Positions 26,251 to 38,856 of a stretch of 64,000 nucleotides of DNA are shown piece after piece. The notes below the pieces were generated by a model that saw only the letters and a program-made list of their open reading frames with translations, was not told the DNA's origin and searched no databases. The translations under genes were made by a program, and so were the position numbers. Source of the DNA: Lama guanicoe (taxonomy: Eukaryota); NCBI GenBank assembly GCA_013239625.1, contig MU053881.1:3102001-3166000 (forward strand). The letters run 5' to 3'. How positions within the stretch are numbered: position 1 is the stretch's first letter; each line of letters starts with the position of its first letter.

Positions 26251-26689
26251 TGTAACTAAACAGGACCCTAGGGACAGACCCCTCCCCCATACCCTCTGCT
26301 GGAGCTCCTATCTGACGTACCCAGATGCCAGTATCTGATGCCTATTTCCTGAGCTTTTCAGCTGCTGAAACCACCAGGGAATGAAAGGAAGAAATGAACT
26401 ACTCGATGATCATGAGCACGTGGCCCCCAGACTTTCTGGCGCCTAAGGATTGATCACCATCAACCAATCAGAGAACTGTGCACTAGCCAATCACATACCC
26501 CGGGAGACCCCTCCATCACTTTGCTTTCAAAAATGCTTTGCCGAAACCCTTCAGGAAGTTCGGGTGTTTTGAGCAGGAGCCACCCATTCTCCTTGCTTGG
26601 CCCTGCAATAAACCTTTTTCTGCTCCAAATGCTGTTTCAGTTTGTTTGGCCTCAGGTGCATCAAGCACACACACTTACATTCAGTAACC
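26251..26689 (+). mobile_element. ERV1 solo LTR, copy A
   Basis: Start tgtaactaaacaggaccct, CCAAT boxes, AATAAA at ~26608; homologous to 46071-46492; flanks tctt/tcat. Confidence 0.85.
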
Positions 26690-27624
26690 TCATCACAGAA
26701 GTTTGTTTTCTACCACAAACTAGTATTAACCTAGAACTTGGCTCAAATGACCAAACTTCTGCCCTCTGCTCATGAGAAAAGTGATCTTTTCGTGGCCTTC
26801 TCATAATTTTCTGGAAGTAAACACAGAAGGTTTGCCAGCACCAGCGTCTGCTTTGAAGTGTGGAGGGCCAGGGCAAGATGATGGGCGCCCAATTGTAAGT
26901 CCATAGATGGAGCGCTCCTTCTGTCCTTCAAGCTTCAAGAGCAAGGCAAAGACTTCCTGAAGGAGCTTTGCAAAAACAAAGTTCACTTTCATGCCAAATA
27001 AGGTGAAATGTATCCAAGAAAGGCACCCTCAGAGCCCCCTGGGACTTGGTTAATAGGTGACAGCCACAAACAATTGTCCTGTTTTGTTTTTTCCTCCTGG
27101 CATGGGAAAGAGATGGTGAGGGTCAGGGTTTAGGCTCCTGAAAGGGATCTTTACTAGGAGCCTCCCAGGGCACACACCCCGGAACACTGGTGGGTCACAA
27201 CCTGGGACCACAACCCAGAGCTCGAAGGGAGGCTTGTCTGTGACTCCAGCAGTCCCGTGGGGCCTGGCAAAGAACTGGCATCTGTGAATTGTACTGAATG
27301 AAGAGCAACTGATTGACAAGGGAGAATTTACTGAGCGCTTATGCGTGGGGTTGTTCGGCATCCTTTTTCTAGTTAGTTGCACTCTAAAGCAAGTGCAGGG
27401 GTCCCATTTCACAGACCAGGAAACTGAGGCTCAGGGCGAGTAAGTGATGCCCCTGGGTCACTCAGTAACAAAGCTCAAATGTGAATCCACAGCTGACTCC
27501 GAGGTCTGCTCCCCTCTCATGGCAGCATGCTCCTTCCTGGGAGCCAGGCTAAATGAATACAACAGAGCAGGACTGAGGGCTAATAGTCAGGGCCGGGTAG
27601 CTGGTCTCAAGTAGCTCAGGGTAT

Positions 27625-27659
<35 letters not shown>
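27625..27659. repeat. (TG)n microsatellite
   Basis: Direct observation. Confidence 0.95.
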
Positions 27660-27661
<2 letters not shown>

Positions 27662-30600
27662 CACCCAAGATTGTGTGTGCCAGTGCCTGAGTGTGCATGG
27701 GGTTGTGTGCATCTGAGTGTCAGTGGGTGTGCATGGGGAGGACTGAGTGGTGCAGAAGCCATTGCTCATTTTATCGGTCATACATATTTTAAATGCTTCA
27801 TGACCAAGATGGCAGAATAATAACATGATGAAAGCCATCATGGGTAGGGTGCTTAACACTGAACTTCCACACTATCCATGTGACACGGATGATGGACTTC
27901 TGATACTCTTATTTCCAATGAATGAGGAAGTCTGAGCCCAGAGAACTTGAGTCACTTGCCCAGGAACTCACAGCAAATAAGTGGTGGGGTCTTGAAAGGC
28001 CCGAGCCTGGCCCACCTGCAGAGACGGAGATTCCCTGCCTGCCTTCCCTGTCCAATACACGTGGAATCTGGGTCATGCTCAGATGCCCCCAGTCCCAAGG
28101 AGATCCTGCGCTCGCTGCTCCCACCCTCCAGGAACCTCCACTGGAGACTAGCTGGCTCGCGCAATCCTCTCCCTGAGACTCTGGAATGTCGTTTTAAAAC
28201 CAAAGGCAACCCCATAGCTCCTGCCAACTCACACGAGTTGGTACTCATGGGAAAAGAACCCACATACTGGAGGCAACTCTCAAAGTCACTTCCCATCACT
28301 CATTCCATCCCACACACGGGAGGCAGGCAAAGGGTCATGCCCATTTCATAGATGAGAAATTGAGGGTCAAAGACTGCCATTTGCCCCAGGTCATCCTGGT
28401 CTGGCACTGTATCCTGGGCTCAGGGCCTGGCATCCCCAGACTGGTCCTTTTGATTTGAGACTTAATTTGCTCTGTAGTCTCTGAACAGCTCATGCCCTGG
28501 ATGGGGGCTCGCCTCTCCGAGGGTTAGTCCTCAGCCCCATCAAAGGCTCTTCTCCCCTCTTCCCTGCCCCTCTGTCCATCCTTAAATGCCAGGGACCCTT
28601 TCTCCTTGACTATACCCTCTGCCTTGATCAGCCCCCCTCACGACACTTCCAGGACCCTCCCCCGGTGTGGCTCCCAGGAAGTGGTGCCTTCAGATGTGGC
28701 TGGCGTCCTCAGAGCCCGTCCAGCCAATCTAACAAACAATTAAGCAACTTGTAACAAAAAGTCTAAAATATCCCTCCCCTTTCACCAGTCATTCTCGTTC
28801 TAGAAATTCAGTTTTTACGGACATAATCTGAAAGAAACAAAATGTTCTCCACATGGAGATGTTCATCACAAGGTTGCTGAAAATAGCCAAAATAATGTGG
28901 AGACAAGGGCACAAGACAACAATAGGGGAGCATCGCAGTCAATCTTGAGGCTCCCCATGCACCCCCTCCCCCACCAGTGAACCGCCAGGGGCTGCTATTC
29001 AGACACTCCAAAGTCACCATGCTGACAACTGGAAGTGACTGCGATCCCCTGACGTTTTCCCGCCATCCGTGAAATGGTGGCCTGTGGGCGCCCAGAGCAG
29101 AATGAAACAAAGACCTGACACCCGAGCACCTGAGTGGATTCAGCCCTGTGCCCTGAGCTTCCACCCCAGCACAGGCGTTAATGCCCTTGGCCCTCTCCCC
29201 TGCCCTGGGAGGGAGGGGCTGGAATGATCAATCCTACTTTGCAGATGGTGACAAAGTTTTAGAAAAGGAAGTACCTGCCCACGGTCGGCTGGCCAACAAA
29301 ATGGGGAGGTCAGCCCCCAGGGTTCTCTCAACAGACCACGGCCACCACTGCCTGTGGGTCCCTCCTCTCCCTCCTCGCCTCCCCCACCTCCAGTGTCCAC
29401 ACAGGCTACTCCTCTGCTGAGAATGGTGCCTCCAACCTCTGCCCTTTGGCTTAGAAAATTCCTGCTTGTCCCTCCAGAGTCAGCTGAGACATCACCCCTT
29501 CAATGAGGCTTTGGGTTCATCCCCTCCCTGCTCATCCGACAGCTCCATTAGCGGCCCCCTCCACGCCTGCTCCCACCTCCCGCCGGGAAGTGGCGCTAAG
29601 GGATGAATGAATGAATGAATCAGTAGGACTCAGCAGCTCCTGAAACAGAGACCTGCTGAGGAACTCCACGTGTGGATGCTCTGGTTGCTATGATATTAAG
29701 ACCACATCTGCTCACGAGAGACAGAAAGGGCAGGCAGAGCGTGCCTTCAGGGGTCATGTGAGATGTAACAGGAATGGAGTTTCTCTTTGACATTCAATTT
29801 TAATGCTCCATTTCAATGCTAATAAAATCCTTATAAATTTTCTGCATTTCCCAAGTCAGTGAGGAAAGGACAAGTTCCTGGAACCCTCTGGGCACCCGGC
29901 ACCACCCTGCCGCCCACCCGGAGTATCTGTCCCAGGGTGACAGTGACATGTGCTGGAATGAGGAAGGCCTGTGACTCATCCACAGACCAATGAGTCCTAA
30001 AACCTGCGGTCTTCCCCGAAGGCTGCACCCTCCTGTAAGATCAGATGTGGGCAAGGAGAGCCACCTGCCACTTTTTTGGCAGGTGGGACAAACTCCCCCT
30101 CCTCCCTGCCCATCTCTGGACAGGGAGCAAATGGTCCTCACACCCCAGGAGAGCCTCAGAGGGGCTGTAGACACCCTAAAATGCCCAGCAGGTCTCAGGC
30201 ACACCCCATCCCTGTCCCCTGACAAAGCCACAAAGAGCCACTATAGGTTTAATGAACACACAGCATCACCCCAAAACAGAGAGCCCTGTGACTCACTGAC
30301 GTTTTCCCGGGAGCAGCACCGGCTGCTAGAAGCTTTAGCTCTCTCTGACAGATGAGGAAACGGGGGCTCAGAGAGGGACGTGCTCTTCTCAAGGCCACAC
30401 AGCCAGCCAGGGCAGAGGCAGTGAGAAACCAGGGTCCCCCGTCTCCCAGAAGCCCCGTCCTGCACCCAGCCGGCACCCCCGTCTGCCCGTGGCCCCGGCG
30501 CACAAAGCTCAGGCTGCGACAAGGACCGTTTCACTGAATCTGCCTTCGCCCTCGGAGAGATTTCATTAGTCTGAAAAACACGTTCCTTCTTGCCCTTGGC

Positions 30601-30831
30601 AGAAGATTCTCGACACAAACACAGTGGAGGGTTTGGCCCAGCTGCTCTCTCTTGTTAAGTATTTACGTGTGATTAGTGTTGGAATGGATCCCTGAGACAG
30701 CCCCCATTTTCAGGAGGGACACGAGGCTCAGGGTTAAGGCCTGAGTTGAACAACTCAGTGGCACAACTGATACACACGTCCACAAAGTCTGCCCTGGGCT
30801 TCTCAGCTGCTCCTTTACAGTGGGGCCACAG

Positions 30832-30903
30832 GGGAAAAAAGAGAGAAAGAAAAAAAGAAAGGAAGAGAGGAAAAAAGGAAGAGAGGAAGGAAGGAAGGAA
30901 GGG
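30832..30903. repeat. GA-rich / (GGAA)n low-complexity tract
   Basis: Direct observation. Confidence 0.9.
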
Positions 30904-30934
30904 ACTACCACTTACAAGCATCTACCTTGTATCA

Positions 30935-31092
30935 GGCGCTTTGCAAAAGTCGATGCTAAGCCTCATCCAGTCCTCCCAGGGAGATATTTGTATCCTCATT
31001 TTGCAGACAAGCAAGCTGAGGCTCAGAGAGGGCAAGTCACCTGCCCAAAGTCACAGAGCCAGCAAGTGCCAGGCAGGCCAGGAATTGACACC
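30935..31092 (-). mobile_element. MIR SINE (representative; similar cores near 27410, 30350, 36330, 37500, 45900, 48790, 49550, 50860, 61060)
   Basis: Core atcctcattttgcagacaagcaagctgaggctcagagagggcaagtcacctgcccaaagtcacag. Confidence 0.8.
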
Positions 31093-31110
31093 CTTTTCTT
31101 TCCCCTGCAC

Positions 31111-31421
31111 CAGGAGTTGGCAGACTAGATGGCCTGTGGGCCAAATCCAGCCCACCATCTATTTTGTAGAAATGGTTGGGGGAAAAAGAAAAAAAACGAA
31201 TAGCAGAATAACATTTTGTGACTCGCAAAAATGACATGGAATTCACATTTTGGTGCCCATAAAGAAAGTTTGACTGCAAACCAGCCAGCCCCATCCATTT
31301 CTGTATTGTCTGCGACGACTTCCGGGCTGCACCAGCAGGGTTAAGCAGTGGGGACTGAGAACATAACAGAGACTAATGTATTTGCTCTCTGGCCCTCGGC
31401 CGGAGGCTTGCCGAGCCCTGC
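31111..31421. mobile_element. MER58-like hAT-Charlie MITE
   Basis: TIR-like caggagttggcagact...gcttgccgagccctg; internal ggcctgtgggccaaatccagccc. Confidence 0.8.
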
Positions 31422-32361
31422 CCTACGCCGGGCCGTCTCCTGTGAGCCAGGTAGGTTTGCGGGGCCTCCCCGCGGCTGTGCAGGCTATTCTCTGCACCCA
31501 CGGTCTCAGGGCTGATATCCAAACCTCCTCCTGCTTGCAGGGCTGAGCGCCCCGGGGCTGGGTCCCCTGGAGAAGGGGCTTTCTCCTAATGTGTTCACCC
31601 AGAGTGTTCACCTTTCTCTTATGGGTACAGAGCTACTAGCAGGGGCCCCGAAGGCACGCGACCCCTTCCCTCCCCATCACAGCCCTGGGGAAGCAGCCCC
31701 GCGGCAGACCTGTCAGATGTGCGGCAGAAGGAACCGGAAGGGAAGGAAGGGAAAGGGCAGGGGTCTGTGCAGAGCCAGAGGGACGGAGGGGCATGGCCGG
31801 GCACCAGCGGGGGCCTCCAGCCGGCTTCAAAGGCACAGGCACCAGGGCGGAGGGGAATGAGGGGTTCTCTACCTTTCAAGTGACTCCTGGGGGGGCCACG
31901 ATTTATTCTCCTTGACTTTTGAGGCTGGAAAAGGCTTCCCACCTCCTCTCTCCCTGACTTCCTCTCCTGGGCTGGGAGGGGGTCTCATTCCCCAAACTCT
32001 CTGAAGAGACAGAAGATGAAAAGGATTAATTCCTCGCTGTAGCCCATCTGCTCTGCCCGCGGTGGTGCCGGAGTGCGGGCCCCGCAGGAGCTGCGAACGG
32101 GTGCTCGGAACCCATCGGAGCCGACCAGGCGGGAGGGACGTGGACCGCCTGGGGGTCCGGGATGCAGCCTCCCGCCTGGAACTCCTCACCCAGGGCCTCC
32201 CGACGGCCAAGAGCTGCCAGAAATCCCAAGCACACGGTGAAGGAGCCTGGGGGGAGGGGAAAGGGAAGCGGAGAGGGAGAGACAGCCGGAGGGAAAGAAG
32301 ACACAAGACAGAGGGGGAGAAAGCAAGGAAGGAAGAAGAGGCAGAAAATAAAGAAAGAACT

Positions 32362-32675
32362 GGGAAAACATTACGCTAAGTGGAATAGCCAGCCGCAAAA
32401 GCCCAAGGGTCATCTGAGATGTCCAGAAGAGGCAAGTCTACAGAGATAGAAAGCAGATTAGTGGCTGTCTGGGGAATGCAGGCTTGGGAGGAGACAGCTG
32501 AAAGCTACAGTGGAAGCTACAGCATTTCTCCGGGGGTGATGAAAATGTTCTAAACGGACTGTGGTGGTGGCTGCACGACTCCGTGAGTATTCTAAAAACC
32601 TGTGACTTGTACACTTGAAAAGAATGATGCACAGAGCATGTGAAGGGCATCTCAGTACACCTGTTACATAAAAGA
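32362..32675 (+). mobile_element. Old L1M 3' end fragment
   Basis: aaaacattacgctaagtgga...gaaagcagattagtggctg...gggtgatgaaaatgttctaaa. Confidence 0.85.
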
Positions 32676-33753
32676 AAGAACATGACAGAAAAGAGACAAA
32701 ATGAGAAGAAAGTGAAAGAGAAAGAGAGGGGTGGCTGAGAAGGAAGGGTCACGTCCGTTCCAGTCCCTGCTACGTGCCAGGAGCTGTGCTCAGTGCCCGC
32801 CTCCTTTACTCTGGTGTTATTTTGACCGCTCTGCAAGGGAGGTCTGATAATTATCATAGTTCTCTAGGTAAGGAAACTGCAGCTCAGACTATCCGTGGCC
32901 TGTCTAACATCACCCAACCCCTTACTAGTGGTGGGGCCAGGATTCAAACACCGGGCTCCCCAACTTCCCCACGGGAGCAGGAGAACCCCCCAGGAGCCTT
33001 GAGGTGTGACCTCCAGGTACAGAGGGCAGAGGGGACAAGCAGCAGCCAGCAGGAGGCCAGCGTGCAGGGGGCAGCCAGGGTCCTGGGTGGGAGGTGCGGT
33101 GGGGGCAGCGGCTCCAGGCGCCTCTGCAAAGAGTCCTTGTTAAGTAAGACCCGTTCAGAAATCCCGGAATCCATGAGCCACAAAGTTAGACTATTTTAGA
33201 GCCCAAATGATGCAAGCAAAAAAGTTGGGGCTCTTGAAGGACTAAATTATGCAAAACTTTCTTTCTGAGCAACAGCTCCTTCTTAAGAAGTATGTGTACA
33301 TCGTCGATCATGCAAATTTTTGTCTCCTCAGCCAGAAGAAATTGAACTTAGAGCAAAAGATAAGGCCAGCCCCAACCTCCCCCTGGGGCCTCCCACCGCT
33401 GGCCAACCCAGGGCACGGTGGGCTGGAGCCACAGAGGACCGCATCCCAGCTGCCTGAACTCTGGATTTGCATCCGGGGATCCCTGCCCCTTTCCTGGGGG
33501 CGGGGGTAAGGGCGAGGCTCGCTCCACCTGCAGACGCTGTGATTCGGAGCTGCGGAGGCCGCTGTGAGGCCCGAGGCTGACACTGCGCTTTGGAGGGAGG
33601 CCTGGGGTGATGCCAAAGTTAGAAAAGGGAACCAGGGATTTCTGAGCTCCCAGGAGTTTCCTGGAACTCCTCTCTGGGAGACTCGTTTCTCTGATCTCTA
33701 AAGGGGGGGTGGCGTGAGTCACTTCTTGGGGCTCTTGGGGACCTAGAACAAGA

Positions 33754-34170
33754 CATTCATTCATTCATTCATTCATTCACATATCCACTCAATGGATATT
33801 ACTGGGGCTCCAGGCAGAGTGTTAGGTGTTAAGCAGTGATGGACACAGACGTGGGCCTGCCCGCAGGGAGCTACGGTCTGGGGGAGTAGAACAGATGGGA
33901 GGGGCCGGGAGGGGGAAGAAGACTGTCCAGGCTGAGAGGAGGGTGCATGGGGTGGGACAAGTCATGGCCTGGGGAGAGGACCGAGGGGCCCAGACGGAGG
34001 GAGGGGGGGAGGGGGCAGGGAAGTGAGAAGAGTCGGGCAGGGCAGGACCTTGTGGGGCAGGGCAGAAGCCTGTTCCCATCTGGAGGAAATGGCCCCTCTG
34101 GCAGCAGAAGGAAGGAGGGCAGATGGAAGGGGCCTGGGAGTGCTGGCCAGAGGCCTGTGAGGGGAGAGAG
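33754..34170 (-). mobile_element. L2 3' end with (TCAT)n tail
   Basis: (cattcatt)n followed by L2-like sequence. Confidence 0.65.
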
Positions 34171-34900
34171 CTGACAGGACCTGGCAGGAGCGGGGCAGCT
34201 GTGGCTCCTCGCCTCCCTTTGGGGATCTGCTCCTGAGGGCTTTCCTGAGCTCTGACTCCAGCCTCCAGGCCCAGGGAGAATCACCACCGCGGGTGCCAGG
34301 GCTGCACAGGAGCAAGGAAGTGCCCCGCCCTGAGGGAGGCTGCTGACACTCCAGGTCCCCGGGAATCTTGTCTCCCTGCCTTGGGAGATTAGCAGGGCCA
34401 GCCAGGGTCTGGGAAAAGGACCCGAGAGGCCCAGGCAGGGATCCAGAGAGACGGGGTCTGCTCCTAGCCCCTGCCCAGCTTGCCGAGGGCCTCAGAGAGG
34501 TCACCTGCCTCAGTTTCCCCATCTGCGGGCTATGGGGTTAGCTCTGAGTCTGGGCTAAATTCAAGTCCGGCATGTCAGCATGGAACGAGCCTGGCTTCGG
34601 GGGCAGACGGGCTTGGGCTGCTTCCAGAAGCCCCGGCTGCTGGCCGGGGGCCCACATTTTGAGAACTACGGCCTTGGAATAACCTCCCTCAGGGACAAAG
34701 ACCCCTGCTTTGCTCACTGCTAGCCCCCCAAACAGCGCCGGCTTTGGGCAGGTCCTTGGTGAGTGCCAGTGAATGGAAGAACTCTGAGTGGCTTGTTTGG
34801 GTGGGGCTGGAGGGTGGGCGTGGGCCTGGGGATGGTGTCCGGAGGTGGTCAGGGACCAAATCATGAAGGGCCTCTAATGCCAGTTCAGGGAGCTGGGACC

Positions 34901-35540
34901 TGTGGGGGCTGAACATGGCCCCAGACACCCGCATCCTCATCGCTGGAAACTGGGAGTGTTACTTTATATGACGAAAAGGGCTTTGCAGATGTGGTTCTGT
35001 TAAGGAATCTGGGAGGGGGAGGTTATCCTGGAATATCCCAGAGGGCCCTGAACATAATGACAAGTGCCCTTATTAGATGAGGGAGGCAGAGGGAGGGTGT
35101 AGCTCAGTGGTACAGAATGTGCTTGGCACGCACAAGGTCCTGGGTTCAATCCCCAGTACCTCCATTTAAATAAATAAACCTAATTACCTCTCTCACCAGA
35201 AAAAGAAAACTGCAACTTTTTTTTAAAAAAGGGAAAGAAATTTTTAAAAAATTAAAAAAATAAATGAATAAAGAAGGAGGCAGAGGGAGACTTGGCTACA
35301 AAGGAGGGGATGGAGATGTGACCAAGAGGTGGGGGTGAGGCGAGGACAAGGCCACCAGCCAAGGAGTGAGGGTGGCCCCCGGCAGCCGGAAAAGCCAAGG
35401 AAATGGATTGTCCTCTGAAGCCTCGGGAACCAGCCCTACCAACACCTGGATCTCAGACCCCTGACCCCTTCGACTGTGAGGGTAGGAATCTGTGTTGTTT
35501 TCTGTCACCAAGTTCACGGTCATTGGTTACAGGAGCCCCA
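34901..35540 (+). mobile_element. MLT1 (C/D-like) LTR interrupted by a SINE
   Basis: tgtgggggctgaacatggcccc...ctttgcagatgtg...caacacctggatctcagac...ttggttacaggagcc. Confidence 0.85.
35091..35270 (+). mobile_element. tRNA-Ala-derived SINE (camelid vic-1-like)
   Basis: gggagggtgtagctcagtggta (A box)...gggttcaatccc (B box), aataaacctaattacctc, A-rich tail, TSD ggaggcaga. Confidence 0.9.
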
Positions 35541-37569
35541 CCTGGGAACCTAATGTAGACCTGTGTCTGGTGGAAGCTGTGGGCCTACTGAGCAGGGTCA
35601 GTGGAGCAGAGAGGGTGAGGCTGGCCACCTGGGATCAGAGAGGGGGAGATGTGACGGCCAGTCTGGGTCAGGGCAGGGCAGACAGAGCATCCTGCTGGCG
35701 GGAGGGCGTGGTGGGGCGGTGGCTGCTGACTGGCTTCCGGGAAGGGAGGACCAGCCAGCTCGGCCACTCTTTCCTGGGCTGACTGTCTCCCACCCGCCCC
35801 TCACCTACACCACCAGCAGCCAAGGGCAGGTAGAGTCCGTCCCTTGGAATTCTTGGCACAGGCAGACACCCCCGCCTCCTTGGTTGTGATAAGGGCTCTT
35901 TGTCAGGTCAATGCTGGCTTTTGTCCTCAGATGGGGAGCAGGAAGGACACACTATCGGTCATCAGGGGGGCTGGGAGCCAACCTTGTGGAGGCCACACGA
36001 GTCCCTGGGTGCCCTGGTGGCCTCCGTTGGAAAATCAACCTCTGGCTGTTCTTGGCTTCCTGGACCCCGACACCCACAACCATAGCATGAAGCCCTTCAG
36101 CTGGTTCCCCATGAGTCTCTGCCGAACCTCTCTGCTCTGCAGCTGCTGTGTGTGACCCAGGCAGGCACGGCCTCCCAGCTGGCCTTGCTGGTCAGGGTGG
36201 CCGTGACAGTCAGAGGAGCTGGAGGTCTGGCCCCCAGAGGGCAGTCGGTAGCGGGGGCTGCTATTTCTGTTTTTGCTCAGATCTTGGCTTTGGAAGAGTC
36301 ACTAGCATGTGTCCTTTGACCAATTTACTTAACTTCTCTGAGCCTCAGTCTCCCCATCTGCAAAGTGAAAACTAAGCAAGCAGCTACCTGACAAGGTGGT
36401 GCGGAGAATGAAACGGGGCCACGGGTCTAAGGGGTCCAGCACCACCCTGCAGGAACGAGTCTTTCCCAGCTGTATCTAAGGCTCAGCTCAGAGGTCTGCT
36501 CCCGGGGATGGGCTCTTTGGGGCATGCACGGCCTCCTCTGGGGACCTCAGGAACTGGGTTTCAAGCCTTGGCATATGCTGCACCAAACCATCACCAGTTT
36601 GCTCCTTAACCAGACCATCACCTCCACCTGTGAGCCACTGCAGGTGGTGAGAGTGATGGCGTGGGGCGGGGGGCTCGCTGTCTCTCCCTTTGCACCCAGC
36701 ACAGGGGTGGGTGAAGGATGCCGCCACAGAAAAATTAATACATAGAAACAGTGACAAACGTGAAACTGGCACCTAGTGGGTGCAGGTGAGTGCTTGCTGG
36801 ATGTCTCCCTAAGGATTAGGGGTCAAGGTGGCCTATTAACCTGAGGTCGCACAGGTAAGAGCGGTAGGAAGTGGTTTGACGACTAGACTGAATGTGTAAC
36901 TGCCTTCTGCAGAGCCCACACCCGCCGTGCTCTGCCCTTTGTTTGCTTTGTGAACAAAATTAGCTTTGTACCGGAGGCTGCTTCCTGAGTGAGGGAGCGT
37001 GGAAGGACAAGGTCATCTTAGCGATCAGGGCCAGACGCGGAAGCCTCCAGACAGGCGTTCTGGAGAGGCGCCTTTGGGTGACTTGGAGGGTGGACGTGAG
37101 GGAGACAGCCTAGAGGCTGGAAGGCCAGGAGGAGGCTGGATGCAGGAGCCATGAAGCTTGTTCCACAAGCATAGCAGTGGAGGGGGAGGGTCCGGGACCC
37201 AAGTCTACTGGGGACACTCCACACCTGGCCGATGGAAGGACCAGAGTTACTCGAGGCCTAGGGGACCATTTGGTCAGTTTTAGCCCCAAAGTGCTCCACA
37301 GGGACCGGCACCCAGAGCGGGTGGGTGTGCAGTGCCCATCCAAGCCTTTCTGGAGTCTGACGCTCAGTGCTCGACAGCAGACAAGTACCCCACTGCAGGT
37401 CCTAAAACCTGTTTGCATCCCCTGGCTCATGTGTACTTCAGGCGACTCTGGGAGGTGAGCCGGACAGGCTGCCTGAGGACAGGCCTCACCCTCTACGAGA
37501 TGAGGAAACTGAGGCCCAAGACGGGCAGGGACTCGCTCAAGCCACAGAGCGAGGAGGGCAGAGCTGAGA

Positions 37570-37783
37570 TCAGGGCTGGGCAGTTGCCTTTCCATCCCAG
37601 TGCACCACAGCAGATGCCGAAAACGTCACCTCTACATCCCTGGCACTCAGCACAGTTCCCGGCATGGGATGGGAAGCTGACAAATGAATCAGGGAATGAA
37701 TGAGTGAATAAATGAATGAATGAATGAGTGGGTTTGTCACACGGACCAGCATTCGGGGGGGGGGGAGGAGGCAAAGGCATGGT
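37570..37783 (-). other. Counterpart of an alternative, L2-derived HRH2 last exon; reading frame apparently not conserved
   Basis: Acceptor tttctcttcccacAG|A at 37785-37784. Peptide pieces PCLCL, ECWSV and THSFIHLF lie in three different frames. Confidence 0.55.
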
Positions 37784-38856
37784 CTGTGGGAAGAGAAAGG
37801 AAAGTAATATTGAACACCCGTATGTCTGCTGTCCTGCCAGCATCCTTTCATTTAGTCATCTCAACAGCTGGAGCTCCCTCCCACCTGTAACCCTCCTCCC
37901 CACGGGCGAGCTCCCTCGGGCCACTCAAGTCTTTGTTGAGGTTCCCCTTAATATTTTGCATGGGCTTTGTCACCAGTGAATTGATCTAAATCTCATTCTG
38001 ATCCTGTTTATCTTTTCAGCCTGGGTATCTCTTTGGAGGCTGAATCCTAGGGCATCGTCTCTCTTGCATTTCCTGCATCCTGGAGAGTCAATGGTCTCCA
38101 AGCCTTTTTGCCTGTTTGTTTTTTCAATAGCCTCCTAGATTTTGCTCTGTTCTCTCCTCTCTGCTCTCCTCTGTCATGGACCAGAGCTGCATTCCCCTTC
38201 ACTGACATCCTCATCTTACCCTTGTGGTTCACATCTTATGGGGCAACCAGAGCCCTCTTTCCAAGGCACAGAGCTGCCTGGGTTACCCCCTCCTTGCTTC
38301 TAATCCTCCCATCTTCCCCTAAGACCTAGGCTACAATGTCCAAGCCTGGCTTTCAAGGCTCTGCCTTCCTCCCCGCACTGGAGCACCCCCAAAGTAAGAG
38401 CTGATGCTCAATGAATGTGGGCCGAGTGGGGTCTCTGACTGAACCTGCAGGAGGCAGCATTAGTGCATGGCCATTGGAGGGCTGTCCTGGCCAGTTCAGA
38501 TGAACACTTAGGACCAGTAAGTAAGTGGCAGAGTTGAGTCTCAAAGTTAGGGTTCCTGACTGTAAGGACCAGGTAGCTAGAAAAAAGGGCCCACAAGTTC
38601 TGGAGTCGGGGGAACTCTAGTCACATCCCAGCTGTGCGGCCCTGGCCAAGTTCTCTGAGTCTGGACTTGCTTCTTTTAGAACGGAGCTAAAAAGTTCTGT
38701 TTGGGGGAAGGAACAACACGAGATTTGGAAAGCGCTCATGAGGCATTTCCAACCCATAATGTTCCAGCCAGCACCTCGGGGACAGCTGCCACTTGAGTGG
38801 CTTCCATGAGTGGGACCCCCTCGGGTCCCCAACCCACACACAAACAACCCTAGCAG

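Noticed and set aside
35091..35165. tRNA-Ala-like sequence (also at ~41330-41407)
   Set aside because: Has a SINE tail, TSDs and stem mismatches; it is a SINE, not a tRNA gene.
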